Assembly: GCF_009914755.1 (NCBI RefSeq)
Contig: NC_060932.1
Length of the DNA stretch: 64,000 nucleotides
Reading direction: 5' to 3' (one strand)
Origin: the human T2T-CHM13v2.0 reference genome, Homo sapiens
The position numbers and the translations under genes were made by a program. The notes under the pieces were generated by a model. That model ran no database searches and was not told the origin of the DNA. It saw only the letters and a list, made by a program, of their open reading frames with translations. Below, one piece after another: positions 12,198 through 32,053 of the stretch (position 1 is its first letter; each line of letters opens with the position of its first letter).

Positions 12198-13281
12198 TTT
12201 TTTTTTGTACTTTAAGTTAAGAACGTGCAGGTTTGTTACATGTATAGACACATGCCGTGGTGGTTTGCTGTACCCATCAACCCGTCATCTATATTAGGTA
12301 TTTCTCCTAATGCTATCCCTCCTCTAGTACGCCCCACCCAACAGGCCCTGGTGTGTGATGTTCCCCTCCCTGTGTCCATGTGTTCTCATTGTTCAACTCC
12401 CACTTATGAGTGGGAACATGAAGTGTTTGGTTTTCTGTTGTTGTGTTAGTTTGCTGAAAATGATGGTTTCCAGAGTTATCCATGTCCCTGCAAAGGACAT
12501 GAACTCATCCTTTTTTTATGGCCACATAGTATTCCATGGTGTATATGTGCCACATTTTCTTTATCCAGTCTATCAATTGGGTTGGTTCCAAGTATCTGCT
12601 ATTGTGAACAGTGCCACAATAAACATACTACATGTGCATGTGCCTTTATAGTAGAATGATTTATCATCCTTTGGGTACATACCCAGTAATGGGATTGCTG
12701 GGTCAAATGATATTTCTGGTTATAGATCCTTGAGGAATTGTCACACTGTCTTCCACAATGGTTGAACTAATTTAGACTCCCACCAACAGTGTAAAAGTGT
12801 TCCTATTTCTCCACATCCTCTCCAGCATCTGTTCATGTAAGTTTCCTAACTTTTTAATGATTGCCATTCTAACTGGCATGAGATGGTATCTCATTGTGGT
12901 TTTGATTTGCATTTCTCTAATGACCAGTGATGATGAGCTTTTTTTCATATGTTTGTTAGCTGCTAAATGTCTTCTTTTGAGGAGTGTCTGTTCATACTTT
13001 TCGCCCACTTTTTGATGGGGTTGTTTGTTTTTTTCTTGTGATTTTGTTTAAGTTCCTTGTGGATTCTGGATATTAGCCCTTTGTCAGATGGATAGATTGC
13101 AAAATTTTTCTCCCATTCTGTAGGTTGCCTGTTCACTCTGATGATAGTTTCTTTTGCTGTGCAGAAGCTCTTTAGTTTAATTAGATCACATTTGTCAATT
13201 TTGGCTTTTGTTGTCATTGCTTTTGGTGTTTTATTCATGAAGTCCTTGCCCATGCCTATGTCCTGAATGGTATTGCCTAGG
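12198..13281 (-). mobile_element. L1PA7-like, 5'-truncated
   Basis: T-tract followed by an L1 3'UTR containing tggtggtttgctgtacccatcaacccgtcatc, then ORF2 C-terminal fragments. No TSD recognised. Confidence 0.85.
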
Positions 13282-13791
13282 AAATTTTGGTTTTTTTTTT
13301 TTTAAACGAATGAAAAAGTTTTAGACAAATCTTTGACAACCATTTGCTGGCTCAAATGTTGTTGTTTTCTAAGGTGTTTCTCAACATATTGTTTTATTCC
13401 ATTAGGTATTTTATAGAGGTATTATACTGTTTTGTTAATGAGAAAACTAGCTAAACATTTTGAACATCTTGCTGACATTTAAAATTAATTTTTACTTGGA
13501 GAGATTATCTCAAAAAATATTGTATATCACATATATTTATAAGTATCTATATATATGTATATATATTCACACATCTAATGTGTGGAAAAGATAACATTAC
13601 TCAGAAAACAATGATGACCTTGATATTTTAGCCTGACAATATGTGTTTGACCACTCATAAACTTTGTAAATGTTTGTTTATTTTGTAAGAAGAAGTTAAT
13701 GTTTTTGCTCGAGTTTGGCTTTTAGATAATTTTTTCTCTATCAAGTGTATTAAACTGTTTTACTTTTTAATTCTTTTAAATCCAATTTGTC

Positions 13792-14740
13792 TTTTTATTT
13801 TATTTTTTAAATATTTTAAATTTTATTTTATGTTCAGAAGTACATGTGCAAGTTTGTTATATAGGTAAACTCATGACTCAGTGGTTTAGTGTATAGATTT
13901 TTTTGTCACCTAGGTATCAAGCCTAGTTCCCATTAGTTATTTTTCTTGATCCTCTCTCTCTTCCCACCCTCCCCCTCTCTGATAGGCCCCAGTGTGTATT
14001 GTTCCCCTTTGTGCATTCATGTGTTCTCATCATTTAGCTCCCACTTACAAGGAAAATATGCTGTATTTGGTTTTCTGTTCCTGCATTAATTTATAAGGAT
14101 AATGTCCCCCAGTTCCATCCACATTCCTGCAAAGGACATGATATCATTCTTTTTTATGGCTGCATAGTATTCCATGGTGTATGTGTACCACAATTTCTTT
14201 ATCCAGTCTATTGTAGATGGGCATTTAGGTTGATTCCATGTCTTTGCTATTATGAGCAGTGCTGCAGTGAACATCGCTGTGCATGTGTCTTTATAATAGA
14301 ACTATTCATATTCTTTTTGGTATATACCCAGTGGTGAGATTGCTGGATCAAATGGTAGTTCTTGTTTTAGGTCTTTGAGGGGTTGCCACACTGCTTTCTA
14401 TAATGGTTGAACCTAATTTACACTCGCACCAACAGTGTATAAGTGTCCCCTTTTCTCCACAACCTTGCCAGCATCTGTTATTTTTTACTTTTTAGTAATT
14501 CAGTCAAAATGGCTATTCTGACTGATGTGATGTGAGATGACATCTCATTTAGGTTTTGATTTTCTTTTCTCTAATGATTAGTGATATTGTGCTTTTTTTC
14601 ATATGCTTGTTGGCCGTGTGTATGCTAAAGTATCTGTTCATGTCTTTTGCTCAGTTTTTAATGGTTTTTGTTTTTTGCTTGTACATTTGTTTAAGTTACT
14701 TATAGATTCTGGATATTAGACCTTTGTCAGATGTGTAGTT
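13792..14740 (-). mobile_element. L1PA13-like, 5'-truncated
   Basis: 3'UTR gtttgttatataggtaaactcatg...gtcacctaggtatcaagcctagttcccattagttattt and ORF2 C-terminal fragment 14086-14274. Confidence 0.8.
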
Positions 14741-15410
14741 AGACCATTTTAACTTGTAGATGGCAGAGTTGATTTTAGCCCATAAAAAAGCCACAGTAAA
14801 ATGTTGAATATCATGTTTTCATTTTCAGATTTGCTATACTTGAAACCACTTGTTCCACTGTAAAATGTAATCCTTTATGAATTTTATATTTATTGATTCA
14901 AAGGTTCTATGTTTACATTGCCATGCCATGTCTAACAATAAGGTCCACTTGTAAGTAGATTTATTTGTTATTGGTAACAATAATCTCACACAATTTTGAT
15001 GTATTCAGGTTAAAATTTTAAGTATGATAACTTTGCTTTCCTGTTGTAGAAAGATTTTAAAATTAACATTAATATGGGTTTATGCATGCCTCTATTAAAA
15101 TATAATCAGAAGCAATTATTAGATTTCCAATAAATAACTGGTTTATTGAATAATTACAACTCACAGGAAGCATTTACAAAGGAATTTTATAATGTCTCCC
15201 ACATTCTTTATTATTTGTTCAAGTTGGAGAAGTTCTTTTCCTGCTCTTTGAAAACTCAATGTAATGATTTTACGATCACTCTTAAGTCATAAAATGTCCT
15301 ATAAATCATTTTTAGTTGCCAAATATTCTCAGTTGGGATAATAATAAATCTAGCCTGGTAAGAAGCCAGTATCCAGACTTCATTGTAGGTTGATAGGCCA
15401 GCTATATGTG

Positions 15411-16006
15411 TGTATTAATTTCCTTTTGCTACATAACAAATTACCATAAATTTAGCAGCTTTAAACAATACTCATTTATCATCTCACAGTTTTGTAGGTC
15501 AGATGTCTGGGCTGGTTCAACTGCGTTCTATTCTTAGAGTTTCACATGGCTAAAATCTAAGTGTTGGCCAAGCTGTGATCTAATTTTAGGGCTGTGGAGA
15601 AGAGGTCACCTCCAAGTCCATTCAAATTGGTAGATTTCATTTCCTTGCAGCTGCAGAACTGAAATTCCTGTTTTCTTGCGGTTTTTACCTGAGGGTCACT
15701 CTCAGCCATCAGAGCCTGCTCCATCCATCTGGCCCTCTCCATCTCAGCAATGAAGAATTCCTTCTGCTGACCCTCTCTCTCGTTTTGAATCTTTCTCTTC
15801 CCTGCCAGCTGAAGAAAACTCTTTGTGTTTAAACAATTCATGTGATTGGGCTAGGCCCACCCAGATAACCTGCCTATTTTAAGGTTAACTCGTTAGTATC
15901 CTTAATTACATCTGCAAAAATCCCTGTACTGTGTAATATAACATAATCACAGGAGTAACACCATGGGCTGAAGGTCGTGGGGGCCACTTTAGAACTCTGC
16001 TACCAT
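15411..16006 (-). mobile_element. MLT1 (MLT1D/E-like) MaLR solo LTR
   Basis: tgtattaatttcc...taacaaattaccataaatttagcagctttaaacaatac...ttaattacatctgcaaaaatccc...ttagaactctgctaccata. Confidence 0.75.
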
Positions 16007-17211
16007 AGTGCTGGAGGTCAGCAGTGGGTAAGGAGAGCATGACAGGTATCTCTGCTTTCCACTGCCATCCCTAAGCTTTCTATTTATTGTTCTGATTTCT
16101 CTGCTATGAGGCAGCATGGGGTACTGGGGAGAAGAGGATGGCAAACAAATAAGAAAGGAAGTGAAAATGTTCTTAATTGTTACTGTTATAAACTGTTTTT
16201 TCACTATGTGTTTGACAGTTGTTTCAAGCTAAGCCTTTCTAGTGAGCACCTTCAAAGAGTTTTGGATATCCCTTAATATTGGGGAATATTTGCCTGTAAT
16301 TCCTTAATAAGGTAGTACATTTTCCTCCCTGGGAATCCAGAGATAACTTCAGATTTCCTCTGCTGAGGGTACTTTACTCCCAGCCTCCTCTCTCACTAAT
16401 ATACCATTGGGACTTTATCCTGGCTGTCTTTTACACATGAGATTATATGTGGCCTACATAGGAAAGTCTACATGGGAAGACACTCCTATATTCTTTGTCC
16501 TGACAAACTTTGAGAGGGCAGGCCAATTTCTGAGCAGCCACTTATGTAGCTTGTTTGTCAACTGTCAACTAGCTTTTCTCTTACCTTCACAGGTCTCAAG
16601 GTGTAGTCAGACAATAGTGTACTCTACTGTGGCTTTTAAATTCTCAGAACGTATATAAAGCTCTCCAGGTGGGCTTTTTGAAGATCCCCTCTTTCAGTTG
16701 AGGTGATGAAGAGGTATTTCTCATTACATCCCCTTGCAGATGGTGAAGCTTAGAACAGAACTCTTCGAGAAATCTGCTTCAAAAATCTTCTATCAGTCTC
16801 TATTCTCAACATTTCAGTGTGCATGAAGGACTTGCTTTCTGCTTCTCCACATCTATTAAAAAAATTGGTACGTTGTTATGAGATGTACTGCCTTGGATTC
16901 TGAGCTGATTCTCCCACTTTTTAATTACCTTGAAGTATTCACTGTGTTCCACACATTATTCTACATACTTTATATGTTTTATCTAATCAAATGTTCACAA
17001 CAACCCATTGAGAAATATGCATTTAATAGCCCTATTTTGTGGATCAGGAGAATAAAGTATAGAAAGATTAAGTGATATCAATGCTCTCTATCGAAAGGTC
17101 ATGGGGGACACTTCTGTGGTTGACTGAATTGGGTTTGTTACTCATTGGGATGAGAGAGAACTATGGGGAACCATAGATTGTCTCAGCAAAAGGACATTAA
17201 AAGAATATGTT

Positions 17212-17503
<292 letters not shown>

Positions 17504-17675
17504 AAAAGAATATGTTATAGAATTTGGGTTTTGGTTGGGTGATTTGGGAAGTAGCCTAAGAATGTAGAAATTTGTTCTTGATTGAACGCTGTCAAAAAAC
17601 AATATATCCCAATAAATCTTAAGTTTTGGAAGGGCAGACTAGAGTGAAGATAAATATGTAATTAATAAAAAAGTA

Positions 17676-18005
17676 GATTGGGCATGGCAGCTCATACCTG
17701 TAATTCCAGCATTTTAGGAGGCTGAAGTGAGAGGACTGTTTGAGGCCAGGAGATGGAGACTAGACTGGGCAACATAGTGAGACCCTGTCTGTACAAAAAA
17801 TAGTAAAAAGTTAGCTGGGCATGGTGCCTCACACCTGTAGTCCCAGCTACTTGGTGGACTAAGGCAGGAGGATCCCTTGAGCCAGGAGTTTGAGGCTGCA
17901 GTGAGCTATGATCAAGCCACTTCACTCCACCCTGGGTGACAGAACAAAAACCTATCTCAAAAAGAGAGGGAGAGAGAGTGAGAGAGAGACAGAGAGAGAA
18001 AGAGA
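17676..18005 (+). mobile_element. AluJ with (GA)n tail
   Basis: AluJ diagnostics: gaggactgtttgaggccaggag, ctgggcaacatagtgagaccc, ggagtttgaggctgcagtgagctatg. Confidence 0.88.
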
Positions 18006-18649
18006 AAGATAGCACCTGCTTCTATTAGCCAAAAGAGGGGTATTTGGTATTTTGTAGGCATCAAGCTGACCTTGCTTTTGTCTGTGCTTAGACAAAATTA
18101 TGAAATGACCTTGCTTGTCTCATTTTATCATGCTCATGGACAACATATCTGAGGGTTACATTCTGTGCAAATCTGCCATAGGAGAATTATGTGGCCAACT
18201 GAAAATGCCAGGCCCGCTTCCAAATGTCAGATTCGGCTTCCCTCCCCTCCTTCTTTTCCTTCTCATGACTTGCTTAATATTACAGAGCTATTAAGGGGTG
18301 CAACCAGGAATCAAACCCTAACACTCTGCCTCCAGGATCCATATTACAACAACTATACTTTACTAACAGTTTAACTGATAACTCAATAATTTTTTTAATC
18401 CATTATCCTTATGTAGTTATTTTATTCCATATATTTTAGCCATAATTGTATAAATTTTGGCTAGATTTTTGGCTAAATGATATTTAATAATGGCCTTCAA
18501 TGTTCACATGTATTTAGGAAGGAAACATATTTTTCTTTTACTAGGATTCATTACATTGATATAGCTAAGAAGCCCTGAACTCAAGTGTAAGATTTGGTTT
18601 CCTAGGTCAATTCTACCATTCCGTACATGCTGTTTGAGTCATCTATGTT

Positions 18650-19032
18650 CTTTTTTGTGATTGAAAAGAGTTCCAGTGTATATTTATATTGTGTTTTATA
18701 CTTACCTATGTAATTACCTCTGCTCATGCTCTTTATTTTTCATGTGGAACTGAATTACCACATTCTATCCTTCCTTTTCTGTCTGAAGATCTTATTTCTC
18801 ATACAGCAAATCTGCAGGTGACAAGTTCTCTCAGTCTTTATTTATCTGGAAATGTCTTTATTTCTTTTTCATGTTTGAAGATTAGTTTTGTTAGATTTAG
18901 AATTCTTGGCTGATAGTCTTTTTCTTTCAGCACTTTGAGCATGTTATTCCTCCTTCTTCTGGCCTCTATAGTTTCCAATGAGAAGTTGCTGTTAGTACCA
19001 TTGAGTATCATTTGTGGATGATTTGTCACTTT
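18650..19032 (-). mobile_element. Old L1M fragment (ORF1 3' region), host of the L1PA3 insertion; resumes at ~21598-21745
   Basis: ORF 18838-19029 reads ORF1-like: SLETIEARRRRNNMLKVLKEKDYQPRILNLTKL...EIKTFPDK. Confidence 0.7.
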
Positions 19033-19047
19033 CCTAGTGCTGCTTTC

Positions 19048-21679
<2,632 letters not shown>

Positions 21680-23859
21680 TGAGGTTCTTAAATGTATACT
21701 TTGATGTTTCCCATCAAATGCTAGTTTTCTGTCATTATTTCTGGTTCCTCACTGGATAAAAAGTAAATACTTTATAATGTTTGTTCCCACTCCACTGATT
21801 TCCAAATTTCTTCAGAAACTCTGGGTTGATTTTCTGTTTTAGAGTCACCATAAACGTGGTCTCCAAGATTAAGTTCTTAGAAGATTATGATAGGTAGAAA
21901 AGAGTCTATGCTGTTATAAACATTGATGACATTGAAAATCAATCTAGTAATAGCTTTTTTGTTACATAATACTTTATTTGTCCACAAATAAGTGGCCTCT
22001 TTTCTGATGCTCTTACCTATCAATGATTATTAAAATTCTCAAACTTTTATGTGGCAACGTTCTTAATAATTTAAGTTCAATCACCTCATATATGGCAAAT
22101 TTTCACTAGATGTCTAGAACAAATTTATTTCTGTATGTAAACTATGCTTCCTTTTTATAGATGGTATAAGCCATGGTATTTTCCACTTTTTGTGGGCTCC
22201 CAGGAAGAGCATTGTCAACTTTGCATATAACTGTGGTAGCTTCCTTTACCTAAGTAAACTCCTGTGATTTTTTTCTTCCTGTTTCTGTCTACCTTACACT
22301 TCTGTTACTTTAAGTAGTTTTAATTACATACTTATATGATATTTTTTATTATAGTAGTTAGATTATAACTTTTAAAAATTATGACCATTTCAAGTATTTG
22401 GATGGGTGAATTCTTCCAGTAATAAATAAAGGCATAGTTTACATATTTTTAAATTGGAAGTTGTGGGTTTAATTATTGGCTCTTATTTTTCTCTCAAGAA
22501 AAAAAGCAAATGTTATTGAAAAGTAGACTTTTCTGCAAATGATGATTAATGACCAATGATACTTCTACTGACCCAATGATACTTCTACTGATACTTCTAA
22601 TATAGCGGTATTAGTTTAATGGTGAAGCCACCAATCACTTAGGTAATATTGAAATATATTGTTGACCCTAACCACAAGTAACATAATTTGGAGTGCTGCT
22701 AGGCAGAATTTTTTAAAGGCATTATCACAAACCCTTGCTGCATCTCTCGCTTACCTAAACATGAAACATTTTGAGACCAATAATTAGTTAAGTTTTAATT
22801 CTTAACATTCACAGGTTTTGATTTTATACTCTTGTAATTATGATGCCTTAAATGTAACTTGTTTTTCAGCAAGGACTTTAGATGACTGGTATGTAAAGTT
22901 GTAGGTTGTATATCTTCATTTAGGAAATAGTTTGTATGCTCCAAAAGTCTAATTGTCTGTAGATGAAAGAAAATTACAATAAATGTTGGCTTATAGGAAT
23001 TGCCAATTCAGGCCAAAAAGCCTAACTGGTTTAGCAAACAATATTAGTCAGATATCAAGTTCAAAACAACCAAATGTTATATGAAGAAAAAGTGTATTTT
23101 TAGGATAAGTTTATATAAAATTTCAGGCCAAGTTTCTGTGTAAACCTTAAACTTCAATATTTTTAGATAGAACCCAAGTCTATGCCTGTACAAATGTAAT
23201 TTTATAAACTTGTTATCACATTCTATTTCATGATTAATTTAAATATTTGTATTGCAAAATATTGCTTAATTGTTAGAAGCTACAACAGTTTTCATCTGAT
23301 GAATTCAGTGTTACAGCTACTGGTAATTACAACTAGGCTTTTATAGTATATACATTTCTCTCCTTTGGTTGATTATATTGTTTGGCAAAACTAATCCCCT
23401 AAAAAATTCCTTACAAAATAATTCATCATAAAAAAAGAAAATCAGAATGTAGGCAATAATGTGCCCCATCAACATGTATATGACAGCTCTTTCCAATATA
23501 TAGCATAACCACTGAAATATAATCATCATTGTGAATATTTACCGTGCACTTCATCTGTCTTTTACTGTGCAATAGTGTTTTTCTTGGGTATTTCTGATAT
23601 CAAATCCTTGTGGATTGCTAAATTTTGATTTTCACTCAATTTTTAGGAAGCCTGTAATAAAATAAAATGTGTTTCCTAAGAAATTTGATAAAATTTACAG
23701 AGTTATGCACAAATGATAAAAAATACCACATTTAAGATAGTTCCTTAAATCAAGATCCTAATAAGGGCAACTTTAGTATAACAGACTATTACTGAGGATT
23801 TTCATTTTCATTGCCCGTCTTTACATACCCAGTTGGGTTCTAGACTGGTACACCTTGTA

Positions 23860-24259
23860 TGGAAGAGATTAGTTAGAGACTGAACAACTCTCTCTTTTGT
23901 CTTCATTAGTACTGGGGCACGTTAAATTTCCCAGCCTCTCTAGCAGTTAGGTTGGAGCCATGTAACTGGCTCTGGTTAATAGAATAGAGGGAACATATTA
24001 TTGCCTGGCCATGAAATATATGATTTTTCCATGATCTCACTCACTGTCTGGAAGTCAAGTACTCCAAAATAGCAGCATCACGTGATGATGAGAACCTAGA
24101 CCTTGGAATTCTTTTCTTGGATGGAATTGCTCAGAAAAATAGCTTAGCTAGAAACATCTGTATTGGACTTTGTGTAAGTGACAAATAAACATTTGTTGAA
24201 TTAAGCAACCAAGATTTTAGTTTGTTATAGCAACTACCAAGTGCTACACTGAGTCATAC
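23860..24259 (+). mobile_element. Old MLT1 (J/K-like) MaLR LTR
   Basis: tttcccagcctctctagcagttagg...catgtaact...aaataaacatttgttg...ttgttatagca. Boundaries approximate. Confidence 0.6.
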
Positions 24260-25459
24260 AACTGGCAAAAATGCAAGGTTTTCTGAGGAGTTCTCAAAAC
24301 AAGTAATAATTTCTGGATTAGAACATAAAATAAATATGCTTTTTGTGATTATTCTTTTGTCCTTAACATTTATAAATCTTCCACTCAAAAATAATTATAC
24401 AGTACATTTAGAAATGAAAATATATGTGCATAAAGAAGATATACACTATTGCATCTAAGTTTTAGTATGGTTTTGAATAGTACTATTATAAGAACAAATG
24501 TACATGAATTCAGCTCTTAGTTTTGTAATTAATGCACTTTCACAATCTCTGACAACACTGTTTTTAAAAACAGCTGATAGTTTAGTTACAAATTTCCAGG
24601 AACTTAGCAAATGTCATAGGGTAAGCTGTGTGCTGTCTGTTAACACAGAGAGAGGTAAGTGGAATTTAGCACATTTCAAAGAGAAAGCAAAAAGTTAGAC
24701 AAACCAATAATCAAAATTAAATTTTGTAAACTATGTTAGATAAATGCCCACCAAGAGTTAATAGAACAAGGCTTAGAAATATCTGTAGATAAAGTTATCA
24801 GTGACTTTACTGAGAAAGTTTACAATAACCATCTTTTCCGAAGCCATAGCATTCCTTATAAGTTTTTATATATAGTTTAGGTATCACACAGATTCTATTT
24901 TCTTAGGCTATCATAGGAACCGAATCAAGGTTATTAGATTGGAATATTGGTATAGAAACCATTCCAAAGCTTCAAAGAAATGAATGAAATTCATTATGTC
25001 TTGCAAGACAAAACTTCCATCTCTTATTTTTAAAATGTCTGCTTAAATGAAATCCCCAAAAATTACTTATAGTTACCTTATATGAGAAGTTAAATTTGAG
25101 TTAAAGTTTTCAAGTTCTTTTGCAAAGGTACACTGAATTCCGTCACTAAATACTTTCCTAATATGCTTTTGGAAAATATATTCAAGATCCTATGTCTGTC
25201 TTTTCCTTTTTTCAGGCCTTGGATCTACTCAGACTATGTTGATAAAAGATAAATAGATCTCTTGCAGGAAGAATTGTACTTTCTGCGATAAAAATTTAAT
25301 GGGCTAATATTTAATTATGTTGGTTGGCAAATTTAAAAATTATGCAATATGAAGGATTATAACATCAAATAAAAGCAGAGATGAACTTTTTAGTTCAAAG
25401 ATTCAGCAGCTTGTTCTATCACTTACTGTAGACTGTGACTGTAAAGGAAATATAGTTTA

Positions 25460-25809
25460 GATGAGCTCTCAGTTCATACTGCTTCAATGCATTACCATGG
25501 GCTGGGTGGCTTAAACAACAAACGTTTATTTTCCCATAGTTTTGGAGGGCAAGAAATCCAAGATCAAGTCCCTGGCTGATCTGGTGTCTGGTGAGGGTAC
25601 ATTCCTGGTTTGCAAAAATAGCTGTCTTCTCCTTGTATTCTCACATGGCTGAGAATAGAGAGCAAGCTCTGACAAGGGTACTAATTCCTAAGGGCTCGGC
25701 CCTCAGCACCTAATTACTTGCCAGAAGAAACCTACTAATACCGTCACATTGGACGTTAGGATTTCAACCTATGAATTTTTGAGGGATGTAACCATTTAGC
25801 CCATGACAC
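25460..25809 (-). mobile_element. MLT1A/MSTD-like MaLR LTR
   Basis: ctgggtggcttaaacaacaaacgtttatt...caagatcaag...tggtgtctggtgaggg...ggatttcaacctatgaattt. Confidence 0.7.
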
Positions 25810-26333
25810 ATGCTAACTTTTTTAACAGTAAAAACCGGCCTAAAAATAATTATCTTCTGAAAATATCCTGACAGATGTGAAACCACATAGCAACATGCTT
25901 CGCACACATTTGGACATATGTATTCATAGAGTTCTATATTTGGGTACTTCCATAGAAATCTTTAATAGCTAAAGCAGTGATTATTTACTATATTAAAGTG
26001 TTTTTCTGCATTATTTCATTTCATCTTAATGAAAATCTTAGTTAAGTTTATTAAACCCATTTTATAGGTAAGGCAACAAAGGCTTATAAAGCATAAGTAA
26101 CTTGCACAAATACATAGAAATTTGTAAGTATTGGAGCCAGAATTCGGACCCAATTCTGTCCAAATCCCATCTCTTACTCAAGCTTCTTATTTTATAGATT
26201 AAAAATCAGAACCTTAGAAAGAAGAAATAATTTACTTGAGGACACATGTCTAACCACTGTTAGAGCACATCTTGGAACCCAAATATTCTGGCTCATATAC
26301 AATACTAAGTGTTGATATTTGTTTGTTAAATTT

Positions 26334-28855
<2,522 letters not shown>

Positions 28856-29613
28856 TTGTTTGTTAAATTTAAAAAAAATCCATGAGAAATAGATCTTGAT
28901 GACTAGAGAACTGCATTCATTTTTGATGAAGAAATAAAAGGGAAAACATTAGCAAATAATGTAATGGTCATAAAAGTGCATATTAAATTAATGATGAAAC
29001 ATTATTGCACTGTCAGAATACCAGTAATTTTTTTTAAGAAATACGTTTATAATATTTGTAAAATTACATTGATTGAATCTGATTGTTTTATATATAAAAA
29101 ATGAAATAATTTTCTAAAAAATGAAATAAGGAAGTTGAAGTAGAATTATAAAAACACAGGTATAATACATTATCTAGAGCTTAGTAGCAAATCCTAAGCA
29201 AAATTCTGAGTAAAAGGAAAATACACGAGAAATACTTAAATATGACCAAATGATTTACCAGAAACCAGTTAGAAACATTTACCAAGTGGTAAAATCTAGA
29301 TTATGACAAAAATTTCAGACATCATCCACTGGTGCCACTTGGGAGGTTTTAGATAATGCAAGACAATAATATAAACTAGTAAGGATAAACTTAGACAAAG
29401 GAACCAAATATCTGTGTTTGCTTATTATAATTACATACACAAACAAGAGTATTTATATAATTACCAGCTAAAAGATTAATATAATTTAATAATTTGTGCT
29501 AATATTTGAATATTAAAATGTCAAATGTCAAGATAGAAATGCAAAATGTAATAGCTTCTCTACCTAAATAGTATACAGTTAGAAATGGACATGATAATAC
29601 TTAAAAATAAGAT

Positions 29614-31350
29614 CATTCTTGGCACCCTTGTTGAATATCAGTTGATCATATATACATGGATTTATTTCTGTATTTTATATTGTGTTCTATTACTCTGTAT
29701 GATTGTCTTTATGCAATACCATACTGTTTTGATTACTGTAGCTTTGTAAGGTATTTTCAAAGCAGGTGGTGTGATGTCTCCAACTTCATCCTTCTTTCTG
29801 CAGATTGATTTGGTTATGTGTAATTTTTTATGGTTCCATATGAAATAAAAAATTGTTTTGTCTATTTCTGAAAAAAAGCACCATTAGGATTTTAATAGAA
29901 GTTTTATTGAATCTGTAGGTCTCATTGGGTAATAGGGACATTTTAACAATATTGTCTTCCAGTCTGTGAACGTGAGATGTCTTTTCATTTGTTTGTGTTC
30001 TTTAATTTCTTTAATTGGTGTTTTGTAGTTTTCAGTAAACAAGTCTTTTACCTCCTTAGCTAAGTTTATTCTAAGTATTTTATTGTTTTTTAGGACTGTT
30101 GTAAATGGGGTTGTTTTACTAATTTAATCTCTACAAAAATAGCATTGGAAAATTGGATATCCACATTCAAGAATAAAATTGGACCCTTACCTTGCACTGT
30201 ACTTAATAATCAACTAAAAATGGATTAAAGACACAAATGCAAGAATTGTAACTGTTAAACTCTTAGAAGAATACGTAGGTAAAAATATTTTCACATTTGT
30301 CTTGGCAATGACTTCATGGATGTGACACCAAAAGCACAGGCAACAAAAACAAACCAGTGAGACCACATCAAACTAGAAAACGTTTGCACAGCAAAGGAAC
30401 CAATCACCAGAGCAAAGGCAACCTATAGAATGGGAGAAAATATTTGCAAACCGTGCAACTGATAAAGGATTAATCTCCAAAATATATAAGACAATATTCC
30501 ATTTCAATAGCTAAAAATAATAACTCAATTTAAAAATAGGATAAAGACTTGAATATACATTTCTCTAAAAAAGACATACAAATGGCCAGCATGTGTATTT
30601 TTAAAATGTCCAATGCCACTAACAGGAAAATGCAAACAAAACCACAGTGAAATATTACCTCATACCTATTAGCATTGCTTATATTTAAAAACACAAAAGA
30701 GAAGTGTTGACAGGGATGTGGAGAAATTGGACTTTTTGCACTCTGTTAATGGGAGCACAAAATGATGTAGCCACTATGGAAAACAGAATGGAAGTCCCTT
30801 AAACAATTAACAGTAGACCATATGATCTAGCAGGCCCAGTTCTAGATATTTTCTAAAGGAATTTAAATTGGGATCTCAAAGAGATATTAGCAGTACCATG
30901 TTAATTGCAGCATTATGCATAATAGCTAATATGTGGGAAATCTATTGACAGATAAATGAATTAAAAATATGTACATAAAATGGAATGCTATTCAGCCTTA
31001 AAAAGGAAATTCTGCAATATGTAATAGGAGAGATGAGCCTTGAGGACATTATGCTACATGAAATAAGCCAGTCACAGAATCCCCAAACCTGACCACTCAT
31101 ACGAGGTATCTAAAATCGTCAAATTTATAGGATTAAAAAGTGGAATGGTGGTTACGAGGGGTTGAGGCATGGGAAATGGGAACCTACTAATCCATGGGCA
31201 TAAAGTTTCAGTTACACAAGATGAATAAGTTCTATGGATCTGCTGTACAACATTCTACCTATAGTCAACAATATTGTATTGTACACTTAAAAATTTGTGT
31301 TGAGGGTATATCTCATGTTAAGTGTTCTTACCATGATAATATAACATTTT
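29614..31350 (+). mobile_element. L1MA9-like element with 5' inversion (antisense ~29614-30125, sense ~30126-31350)
   Basis: Antisense ORF2 piece begins cattcttggcacccttgttgaa. The sense piece begins about 20 nt further along L1 and ends with the L1MA-type tctcatgttaagtgttcttacca. Possible decayed TSD aaaaataa(g)at. Confidence 0.75.
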
Positions 31351-31941
31351 AAAAAATAAATAGAAGAGTGACTCAACCACAGAGAGCCAGTCTATATTAA
31401 AAAACTATAAAAATGTTATTAAATAATAGAAAACAAATATAGACATATAATTTAACATTTGATTAAAAAATGTCACCTTTTCCAAAATGTTCATGGAATT
31501 TAATATAGCTCTGTTCAGCATTTTGGCATTTCCTATGGAATTCTAGCTAACTGGTTAGATACAAAATAGGTAAGATGATTTTACATTCATATGAAACAAT
31601 GACTGCCAACAATTTAGAGAAAATAATTATCAATTTAAAATATCAGCAAGAAACATAATATTACTACAGAAAACATAATTTGGTTAGAAGAGAGGATCAA
31701 ATCACTCCATATAATTATAGAATTTTCCTTGTGGAAAAATGATCACTCTCAAATGTCATTAGAGGGGGTGTAAAGTGTTACATTATTTCTAGAATAAGCT
31801 CTGACAATATTATTTTTTTCTTTTAAAGCATAACCCCTCTGACTCAGCAATGTAATTTTAGGGTTCTATTCTGTAGGAAAATAATTACCAAAAATGAGTA
31901 TTTATTATGTAACTTCTTGTTTGTTTGTTTGCCTTTTGCAG

Positions 31942-31949
31942 TGGCCTAG
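31942..31949 (+). CDS. CNBD1: CNBD1 terminal exon, coding part (Val-Ala-stop); 3' UTR to ~32175
   Basis: Strong acceptor tgtaacttcttgtttgtttgtttgccttttgcAG (31940-31941). The phase-1 join gives G|TG GCC TAG = V A stop, matching my recollection that CNBD1 ends ...KDLFVA. AATAAA lies about 200 nt downstream. Confidence 0.7.
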
Positions 31950-32053
31950 ATCTAGAAACAACCTCAGTGAACATTAATTAAGAAAGTATTGACTAAATAA
32001 TGGAATAATTGCATTCTGGAATACTATCAAACTACCAGCAATGAATTTGGTCT

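Larger units (their letters stand above)
29100..32045 (+). mobile_element. Very old L1M (L1ME-like) ORF2/3' remnants, split by the L1MA element; hosts the CNBD1 terminal exon
   Basis: Decayed L1 motifs: gtgtaaagtgttacattatttctagaataagctctgacaatatt, ccctctgactcagcaatg, ctagaaacaacct...aaataatggaataattgcattctggaatactat. Boundaries approximate. Confidence 0.55.

Noticed and set aside
22551-22599. Short tandem duplication (ccaatgatacttctactga x2 plus a partial copy); similar ones at ~7751-7797 and 59945-59990
   Set aside because: Ordinary slippage duplications.
25216-25258. Strong-looking acceptor (ttttccttttttcAG) as an alternative CNBD1 exon
   Set aside because: In the required phase it gives GLGSTQTMLIKDK*, with no CNB-helix resemblance and no other support.
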